Assembly: GCF_964204865.1 (NCBI RefSeq)
Contig: NC_135254.1
Location: 11,656,001 to 11,720,000 of the forward strand
Reading direction: 5' to 3'
DNA length: 64,000 nucleotides
Source: Styela clava
Taxonomy: Eukaryota
The translations under genes and the position numbers were made by a program. The notes beneath the pieces are model-generated. The model worked only from the letters and a program-made list of their open reading frames with translations. It was not told the origin of the DNA and did no database searches. Position 1 is the stretch's first letter. Every line of letters starts with the position of its first letter. Positions 54,201 to 64,000 of the stretch are shown one piece after another.

Positions 54201-55094
54201 GCTGGGCTTATCATGGAACCTCAATTACCAATCATACAAACACACCCATCATTATCAAATATTTTGGTATCAGACACTTAAACAACAACAATGAAAAGTC
54301 ACAAAAATGAAAATGCAAGAATACTATTCGCGCGACTTCTGTTAAAGCAGAAAAATGTTGCTCCACACAATCGATTCAAAACTGAGAAATTCACACAGGA
54401 CCCCTATAGGCCGCCGAACACCAATAATTGTTTTGCGAACACTAGGTTTAAGAGAAATCTCGGATAAAGAGCACTAGTATACATGAATATTACCTGTTGC
54501 CATTTCTACGCATCTTGGAAGAGTAGACCAAGTACTGTCTTCCCGGCATATTATGCTAGTGGGGCCAGCTAGTGTATAACCAGGATCACACGATGGTTGA
54601 AAAGTCTCTCCCACATTATACGAAATACGTTCTTCTGTGGATAAATCTCTGAGTTTCATAGAGATGGATATATCTGGATAATCACAACCTGATTGACTCG
54701 GAAGTGCTGTTGTTAATGAAGATAATCGATAGTTTGAATGACTTCCATTCGCTCTGTTATTAGCTTTAGTTCTACAATATAGTTGTAAAGGTTGGATTTG
54801 ATTAGGTTTGCTATTGAATAGGTAGTAACCACTAGAGATAGAACATAATTCCGAGTTAGAAATTACCTCCACAGAAAACATCGTCAAACGTGGGTGTCCA
54901 GAGTCCACCATAATCGCATTCGATAGTTGGTGGATCAAAAGGAATTTCATTTTGGAAAATTTGTTCACCATCTCCACATTCTAGAGTAACTGTATCACCA
55001 ACGTTAAAGGTTTTTAAATACAATGAAATCGGCGAGTATCCGCTAACTGTCACTCCTTCAGGCAGAACATATTGGTCCAATTGACATATATTTC
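51258..55094 (-). CDS. Gene F1: multi-CCP (Sushi) protein with C-terminal somatomedin-B domain; 5'-truncated at the duplication junction
   Basis: Phase-1 exons 55094-54867, 54706-54494, 54020-53823, 53699-53481, 52930-52748 and 52045-51830 each encode one CCP (C..C..C..W..C). The last exon, 51376-51258, reads VSGMTCSGKCLSRGELCSCDLSCQSRRDCCPDFFDYCDK*, the 8-Cys SMB pattern. Minus-strand AATAAA at 51211-51206. No start or signal exon was found before 55428. Confidence 0.85.
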
Positions 55095-55531
55095 CTGTTA
55101 GGAAAATAAAAAAAATTATGCACGACTAAGTGGAATATTAAATATTAACAACCCATGCGGTGGTATACAAGGCAAAAAAGCTTGAGTTCATTTTTTTGGT
55201 TCCAATATGTTGTGCTATATAAAATGTGCTGCAGGATAAGGCTTCGAAAGCTTAGAGAGAGAGGCTCCAATCTGATTAAAGACAAACAAGACCCGTTTTG
55301 CAAATATTTGTTTATGTTAGTCTCTTTGTTGTTGAGAAAACATTGATTTTTTCCGCAACTTAGGGAAAAATCGAATTCCGTACTTAAAAATGCAATTTTT
55401 TTTTTTTTTTTTTTTTCAAATTTTCAAACTAAAAGATAGCTTGACTATAAGCTTACCTATATAAGATTGTGTCTTAAAACAAAACTTGGGCAATATCTTT
55501 TCTGTGAAAAAAGCTTTTTTTTAAATTTCAG

Positions 55532-55741
55532 GGAGATAGTGGGGGTCCACTCATGTGTCAGAAGTGTTCGTCTTGCAGATGGTATTTAGCTGGGATTGTC
55601 TCTTTCGGCCTCACCGATTGCACAACATGGGGCGTTCCAAGCATATACACAAAGGTGACAGATTACGAGATATGGATCCGCACTATTACACAAGAATCAG
55701 CAAGTTCCCCTACCTGCAACTATAATGGAGGGATCCCTTAA
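55532..55741 (+). pseudogene. Orphan duplicate of the last exon of protease gene D
   Basis: GDSGGPLMCQKCSSCRW...NGGIP* with an intact acceptor. The upstream exons of D are not included in the duplicated unit. Confidence 0.85.
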
Positions 55742-56519
55742 AAATGATATAGTTGTACACTGACATTTCGTAAAATTTTAAGCAGTACTCAGCAGCAATT
55801 CAAGATAATTTAATTAAAATTTGTTGTAACTTTTTAGGAATTTAGTTTTATTCAACTAAAAAATAATTCATGTGCTTTGATATATAAAAATTTTGCATGC
55901 ATTTCTGAAAGACGAAATATCAAATTATCGGTATCAGATTCATTAACCCCTATTAAAAGCGTTTTGGAAATTTAAAATGAAAGGTAATACAGATTTGCTT
56001 ATGCAGGAAGAAATAACTAATACTATTTTACCAGTATTGTTTTGTTATCTTGTACCACGCATCAGCCGATAATAGATAATGGTCCAATTGAAACACCATG
56101 ACAGAAAAAAATCACATATATATTGTATAATTCTAAATTTAAATATTAAATTGTAATAGTTTGATACCAAAACGGCGAGGACAGTCAGACAAATGTACGG
56201 ACTTTGACGTATCGGTAGGAAGTCATAGGCATACGACATAGGTCAAAATATGTGGGGAGCTGCGAAAATTATTATGTGGTCAATACGGAAACTCGTTCAA
56301 GAGCAATGATCCATATCAATTATAAGCAAGCAACCTCGAATGCAATCAAAATCTATAACTTGATTTAAGGTAGGTAACAGCAAAGTTTCCACATTTTTAT
56401 TAATATAAAAAGTGCACAGTTGGTTTCTTCTATTCAAATATTTTTAATACAAGTAAAATAATATAAATACTTCACAGCATCATAATCTACATATAAGTAA
56501 TACAATTTAAACTCACGGT

Positions 56520-59500
56520 ATGAATTCAAGCATGAAAAAATTGTTGCATCTGCATCTCCTATTTTGGGTGAAATTTGGTAAGTAAATATTAAATCATTTT
56601 TGTTTAGGATTCATTATATGTTTAATGCAAGAATCAACAATTTAAAATGATAAGAAAACGTGCTATGCAATCTAATGATCAACTATAATATATGGTGCTT
56701 GGTTAGTTTTATAGATTTTTATCTCTATGGCAATACGTTAAATTAAAACAAATCTCAAATCAATGTCAGATTTTTAGGCAATAATGATCATAAAAATTTC
56801 AAAGGATTTTGTCAAGATATCAACCAAGCAAATGCTTTATTTACCTGTACTGATGGAACGGTTATCTCTAATGAAAAACGGTGCAATGGAAAATACGAAT
56901 GTGAGGGAAGAGAGGACGAAAAAAATTGTGGTATGACCAATGGACTTACTTGCATCATTTCTTTTGTTTAAACTATGACGTAAACTGTGAAAATCAATTT
57001 TATCTGCTTCTCGAAGAGTATTTTGAATCTTATATTCAAGCTCACTGACATAAGTTAATGAAAATAATAATCTTCGTCATTTTATAAATCTTTATTCGAG
57101 ACTTTCAAAAATGTGGGAAAGTGGAAGCTGGGGAAGCACATCATAGTATGGTTGAAACGAAGAAATTATCGGGAAGAATTGTTGGAGGCGAAGATTCACC
57201 TGATGGTGCGTGGCCTTGGCAAGCTATAATAACGAGATATTCAAGTAAGAAGCGTGGTGGAACGCCGATTGTAAGTATAACGTATAAATTTAATGATTGT
57301 TTTCAAAAATTACCGAAACTTTGAAAAAGTTAAACAACCAAAACCCGAGAAAATGAGTTGAACTTGTTATTGTTGCATATTATCCACTCGTGGTAAAATA
57401 TACTTAGCAGAAGTCGATTTAAGTAGAGTTTACAAAAATCAATGACATACATTCCATTCATTTTTTACAATACAATATTGTTGAGGGTATGAAAGACCGA
57501 TCTGACTGATACGCTAACTACTAATCTGCATTCTTACGGGCAAAAACAGTATAATATACATATTGTTCTTCAATTTTTCAATACTGACGATGCAATTCAG
57601 ATGTTCAGCAAGTGGTATATTAAAGGCGGCGGATCCTTGATTGGCAGTAAATGGGTGATGACTGCGGCGCATTTATTTGGAACAGACGACAACTCACAAG
57701 TATGGCTTTCAGACTACGCTGTCACGCTAGGTGAGAAAATTATTAAATGCACGGGTTCATAATTGTCTCAAAAAATTATAAATGCGGCATCAAGGATTTT
57801 CTATAACATATCATAGTGAAATTTAAGTAAACATATATATATATATAAATATATATTTCAAAATTCAGGTATGTCTGAGAGACCAAATACCAATATGGGG
57901 GTCGCAGATTTTGTTCAGATGTTTGCACTGCAAGATGTGTATATCCATCCAAACTATTCGTATGGAGTTCTTGACAACGACATCGCATTGGTAAGCTAGA
58001 GATATTTACCGTAAAGTAAAAAAGATTCTTTTGTTGGTTAAATTAATACTGATCTGGATTACTGTGCCTTGTCTTCCATTTTGGAGTGAATTCTGTTAGA
58101 TCTTTGTGTACACTTACACTGCAGTAGAGTTTATGCAAAGATTTTTATGAAAATATTGCATTCTGCTAGTCTCGCAAAATAGAGCATTCAAAACATAAAA
58201 TCATCACAATCATGCAATATGCTTCATGTGTCATTAAAATCCAAAATTGATGCTCTATAAAAATATTTTTGGATAACTTTTGTGAACAATATTAGATTTT
58301 ATTCATTGATCAGATGTACTTGTTTAAAGCGGTCTATATATCAATGCTTTGGTAATCCCTAGTAACTGACATATTAGATTGATTAACCAGTTAGAACAGA
58401 ATTGTATTGAGAGTCAATTGATTTTACTTTTCAACTCTCCCAAATCTCCAAGATAGTACATATGCAAACTCCGATTAGCAATCAAAATTACAAAGATAAA
58501 AAGCATTATATTATTGATATTTCACAGATAAAGCTTGGAGCTAGAATAAACTCAGAATCACTAGCGATTAACGAAAGCGATGCAAATGGTGTAACCTTTA
58601 CGTATCATGTGAGGCCAGTGTGTTTACCCTGTCGGGATGAAGACCCAAACGGTGAATCAAAGGATGAGAGCTGCCAGCCTGAGGATATCAATGGTTTGTC
58701 AAGGTTTTATTTGTATAAATGAATGGACGTGTGTTTGCAAGGTTAGAAAAATGTGTATTTTCCAATGGCCACAAGTGCACAAAATCTTTTAGTATATATT
58801 ATTGGTTAGAATTTATTTGACATTCTTTTTATGAATGTGTTGTTTCTACATTAGAATCTGAACTGCTAGCTGCTGGTGAAAAAGTTATTGTCACTGGATT
58901 TGGCAACATCAAAGGAACAGATCTAACACAAAGAAGACAACAATTTCAAATTCCGGATCGTCTCCAATATGCCGAACTGAAGCTTGTAGATCAGTACACG
59001 TAAAAAAAAATTCTAGTTGCAAAATTTCAATTAATATGGTCATGAAAAGTTATTACAGCCAATTACAAGCCTTCGTACTATCACAAACCAGCGAGCATAT
59101 TCAATACAATCCCAAGTAGTGAGAAATTAAGATAGTCTATTTGAAATGTAGAAATCTTTTTTACGGCACTTTTTCTGTGTAGTAATAGGTTCTGCACTAT
59201 AGCTTTAATATGTATATTTTATTTCCAAAGATTGAGTTTTTATGTTTCTGTCACATAGATGCTGGCTAGGAATCCAAAATATAAACAAACTTACCCATGG
59301 AAATATCAGATATTCTGACAATTTTATTTGCTGCAACCCCGCGAAGGTTAAAAAGAGTATCGATGCTTGTCAGGGAGACAGTGGAGGACCTTTGGTTAAA
59401 AAGGTGAGCCTGGGATACTCACAATTGATGTAATTTTGAAAATTCGATATATTAGTACACTGCGGTATTACTTGACTACATGAGAATGCAGCAATTTTTC

Positions 59501-59903
59501 ACAAATTTAACCAAATTAGCAACTTTTAATTTTGATGTTTGATGGAGAGTATCAATAAATGCACAAATGTATTAGATTTTCTTTCATTCTAAACCCTTCC
59601 TACGTTGGTATGCTGGAATAACGAATCTCTCTACGTTATTACGATCGTAATTATCAAATTGACTAAATAAATTTCAGAGAAAGTTTACTTCCTTAGCCTA
59701 CTATCTTGAACGAATACAAAGTTAACTGCAAACTTCAAATTTCACGTATATATAAATAGGTGACGAACTCTGAAACGAGTCAATCTCGTTGGTTTCAAGT
59801 TGGAATCGTGAGTTTTGGATACGGATGTGCACTCAACTATCCTGGATATTATATTAACGTTGTGAAATATACAGGATGGATAAACACTATCATGGATTCA
59901 TAG
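56520..59903 (+). CDS. Gene E2: second complete copy of the LDLa-trypsin-like protease
   Basis: Exons 56520-56577, 56805-56930, 57101-57270, 57601-57730, 57869-57990, 58528-58693, 58855-58999, 59259-59403, 59760-59903. Differs from E1 by A>T, N>K and Y>S. Confidence 0.88.
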
Positions 59904-62316
59904 GCTGCAATCATAACTACTTGGACTTGAAGTCCGGAGTTTGTTTAACTTTGTCATTGATGAATGATTTGACTATTTTGTAATTTGTAGATAGTATATA
60001 TATGAAATCATTTGGTTCAATGAATAAACGTCTCATGATGATAGTTTTAAATATTAAAACAATTTTCAGCGTTTTGTCTTTAATTCTGTGACAATAAGAT
60101 GATAGTACACATAGTTGAAGATATTAAAAAACGTAATGTTCAGTATAATCTCATAATGGGTATTCGATTCGTAAATCAAATATTATATTCCATTGAGAGC
60201 TTGGTTGTAAGATCTTTGAAATTGAAAAATACATTTATTCTCCATGTTTTTGATGATATACTTACACGGCAATTAAAAATTAAATCATTTTGACAACATA
60301 TGCCTTCCAAACGCTGCAATATATAGTTGATGCATCTATAATTTATTTGCAGCGAATATCTAAATTTGACGACGCTATAGATGATACGTCATTGGTTTGA
60401 TTTAAATTCCAGCTAAACAATACATTATAGAGATTGTTTTTTAGTTTTTTCTCCGACAAAGGACAAGTTAGCAAGGCATATATATATTTTAGGTAGAAGG
60501 TCGGTTGATGGCTGTTTATGGGAATGCAGAATGAACATGCTGCAGTGTGAAACAGTTAACGTCGTGAGAAATTTATTTCTGAGTGGTACAGATCAACACA
60601 AAGGCATTTGAAGCCAGTTGCGTTATTTTTTGAACTGTGAAAATTATGTAGGTATTATGCTGATCAGTGTTAGTTCAAGATGTACCATTTCGGGCATACT
60701 TTTATTGTTTCCTACCTCATGAACTAGGAAAAAGTGGGGAAGGTTGAGACACTTTTTTCTTTTGGATTTTGTGAGCTACGTAATTTTCACATTCATTTGA
60801 AATTGTGTCTGTAGTATTTACCCCAGCGACTGAAAAATTTCCCAGTAAAACGCACATTACCACCAAAAGTATTTCAGATCTTTTTTTAAAAAATTCCCCA
60901 AAACAAATTTTCTGTATTGGCAACATAAAACCACTTCGGGGACATTCGTATCTGAAGATTTTGCATTGTAGACTTACTTGTTGAATATTTTAGATCCCTA
61001 TTATTAAATCTGAAATGAAATCATTGTTTTACCGTTGAATTATGCCTAATTTTAACCAATTGAAAATGAGTTCGAAACTTCCATTATCGACGATGACTGT
61101 TCTTTGTTAAAAAGGCCATAAACATCAAATACGGGGTTTGAGTGCTGTTTAAAACGAACAAATAACAATGGTGGGACTTCATCAATCAAACAATTGTTCA
61201 CTGCCTCCACTAAAACAAAACCAACATAATATATATTACCAAGTATAATTTCTAATTCCGACCAAAGACAAAATATTTCCTTTTTGAATCTGAATCACTC
61301 TGAAAATTTTTTTTGAATCTAGAATATATTTTATACTGGACCATTGGAAGATACTTTATCACCACAAGAAGATACTTTAATATCACACAAAACTATATCA
61401 AAAACAAAACTATCTATATGCCTCTAAGCACTTAATGGATCAAACACTATCAAATTGTGCCCAGTGGAGCAGGTCCCACTGAACCCCGTTTCATTGTTTT
61501 CCATAGGAAAAAATATTATCAGACCATTCCACGTAGAGATTAGGAAAACACATCTCCTCGCCAACGTTATGAATATTTCACAGTGGACTAAAGCTAAAAA
61601 AATACCAAACAGTGGTTTGTCCTCATGAAAGCCTAAAGTAGAAAAATAAAACTGTGATGGCCAAAACCAATTTCATCTCATTGCTTGCGTCGCTCTGCAC
61701 GGTCGCTGCCCGTTTGCTGACGCTGTCAGTTATGTTGTAACTTGCCGAAAGGCGGATTCAAATATCAAACCGCGGACCTGATTCAGGATATAGTATGAGT
61801 ATGAGAGTTGAATTTTCACTGTTCCCACTTTCCCCTACTGCATTTAATAACAAAGAATACCTTAAAATTTTGGCGCTCCTGAAGTATGTGCACCAATAGG
61901 GCGCACAACCTAAACCCCAACCTCGTACAACTACTATGTTCAGGTTGTGCGCCATCTTGGTGCACATATTTCTGGAAGTTGAAAATTTAAATTGATAAAA
62001 TTCCACATAAAATCTGACTACAGTATTTAAAAACAGCTTGAATAGCCTAAACATAAGCTTTTACTGATTAAACCTTAACTGTAAACACGGAGCGAATGAA
62101 CGAAGACGCCGGCTCATTATGGAGTAGTGCAAAAACCCGGATAAAAGGTAAGGGAAGATTTTGTTAAATTCACCTTGTTAACTGTCTCAATTCAGTTCCA
62201 GCCCCGAAAGATAATTACAATATCTTATTTGCATTATTATTGTACATGATAATAAAAATCAGATTTTATTTACAGTTTCATTTCAGCATAATAGTCATCT
62301 GTACGACAATCACTCT

Positions 62317-63817
62317 TTATTTGTCACAATAATCGAAAAAATCCGGACAGCAATCTCCTCTGCTCTGGCAAGACAAGTCACATGAGCAAATTTCCCCACG
62401 AGACAAGCATTTTTCGGAACAAGTCATGCCAGAAACTTAAAATAAAATGGGAAGTAATTAACTTGAAAGACTTAAAACGAAAAGAACATAAATTTGCGGC
62501 AAAATGAGTTGCATAAATGAATGTAAAATCGGGAGATCCCAGCATAAATCATGACTTTTCAAATTTATTAAATGTATAGACTGTTGTATGTTGGCTAGTT
62601 TTAAATTTTATCTATGAAATTAGGATAATAATATTCATTGTTACGTGCCGAAATGTACTGTTATGTACTGTGGTACATGAATTCATAGACGCAAACCAGA
62701 TCGACGTAAAACCTACGTTATAACACATATTACTTAATGAAAAAGTCTCAAATATAAAACGAAAGAACAAATAAATCAAAAATAGACTTAAAAATGGGAT
62801 AAAATGGCGAATAAATTGTATAAGTGAATAATTTTACTAAGAAAATATTTTCCCGATACACCACCAAGGTCTCATTATAATCTACTCACCACATGCATAC
62901 TTCCTGTAATCGCTTGACCATACATTTAAACCTTGGCATGTTATCGTTGGTTGCAAACCAGGACCAAGAACTTGAGTCTCAATTTGGCAAATTATTTCCA
63001 GTTCGTGACCAACAGCAAATTCTACACCGTTCAAACTTTCCCCTGCATGACCCCGTACTGTAACGTTACCATCCAAAATAGCGCTGTTTATCCAACATCC
63101 AACCGCTGAAATGAACATTTACAGTAATTCACGTTAAATATTAATATCGGACATTCAATGGTGGACTTCATGAAATTTTAGCAACAGGTTGTTTTCGTAT
63201 CGAATTTTGTGTTTGTATTTTGTATTTTTTTTATCGAACAACAACAGGTTCCATCATTTCCGAAAAACAGGCTGAACAAATAGCAAAACAATATCGGATT
63301 CGCTGATTAGCAGGACATTCCAAGAATATCCGTGCGAACCTGTTATCTTTATTATTGTTTTGTTAGCATATTTACAACAAGATATTTGAAATAATTAAAA
63401 TTAATTTGAAATTCAATTTTTAATCACACAAATGTGAAAGAAGACAAATTCTATTTAGAGGGGCAGATTAACGCCACAATTCCATTTACATAAAGCAGGC
63501 GATATAATCAGAATTCAGCCATTAATCGAATTTACGGTATGGTTGAATATCACTATCCTCGATGAAGGTTTATAAATGGCATCAATAAATAAATTTTTAT
63601 TCTTTAAATGATGACTATTATTTACTTAACTCACGCTCGCATGAAACTTTCTCATTCCAACTTCCGTCTTCTAAACATTTGATTTGATTACTGCCAGAAT
63701 GTCTGTGATTAGGCGGGCAATTAGGATACAGCGTCTCGTCTGGATAGAAAACTTTTGCCCGACTGTTAAGGATCATGGTTCCGCGTTCAACAGATGAAGG
63801 AATTCCACATACTTGCA
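62317..63817 (-). CDS. Gene F2: 3' exons of the second CCP-SMB gene copy (5' part lies beyond the window)
   Basis: Exons 63817-63635 (CCP), 63105-62890 (CCP) and 62435-62317 (SMB: VSGMTCSEKCLSRGEICSCDLSCQSRGDCCPDFFDYCDK*). Confidence 0.85.
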
Positions 63818-64000
63818 CTGAAATAATGATAAAAACAAAGCGCCACTTCACATAAAAGATACACAATTAATAGACTTGAGAAGCTTTAGTTCATTATTGG
63901 CTGAAATAATTCTAATATGATTCTCTTTTATTTATTTACGTCCCATATATTTTGTATCCATTAAACGTGCATAGGTCACGGAATTATAAAGTACGTTAAA

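Larger units (their letters stand above)
44283..55427. repeat. Unit 1 of an ~11.1-kb near-identical tandem segmental duplication
   Basis: Homology starts at ACTAAAAGATAGCTTGAC (44283 versus 55428, offset 11145) and continues to the window end, where 64000 corresponds to ~53113. Confidence 0.93.
55428..64000. repeat. Unit 2 of the tandem segmental duplication (continues past the window end)
   Basis: Near-identical to 44283-53113, apart from scattered substitutions and deletions of ~85 bp (near 60655) and ~170 bp (near 63341). Confidence 0.93.

Noticed and set aside
54474-54977. 167-aa single ORF read as one gene
   Set aside because: It is intron read-through joined to one CCP exon (54706-54494) of gene F.

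Overview
AT-rich, intron-rich animal DNA; it looks like an invertebrate such as an ascidian, but that is inference. The ORF track is mostly exon fragments or noise, so I built spliced models by hand, and every complete model closes in frame. In order: (1) a 72-bp tandem satellite (1-1070); (2) an orphan promoter plus signal-peptide exon copied from protease gene C; (3) a multi-exon MOXD1/DBH-like copper monooxygenase pseudogene on the minus strand (3546-7600), with a second remnant at 16303-17264; (4) four tandem secreted modular S1 serine protease genes, A-D, each signal peptide-(ShKT)x1-3-TSP1-Cys-rich linker-protease, with intact His/Asp/Ser triads but Asn or Gly in place of Asp189; (5) gene E, an LDLa-trypsin with Asp189 and complement-protease-like hallmarks; (6) gene F, a convergent minus-strand gene with at least 6 CCP/Sushi modules and a C-terminal somatomedin-B domain; (7) a near-identical ~11.1-kb tandem duplication (junction ~55428) repeating the last exon of D, all of E and the 3' part of F. 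Several hAT-type MITEs and dispersed repeats lie in introns and between genes. The best candidate for an undescribed system is a clustered extracellular protease cascade with complement-like parts: a tryptic LDLa protease, Arg-activated non-tryptic ShKT-TSP1 proteases and a CCP-SMB protein.
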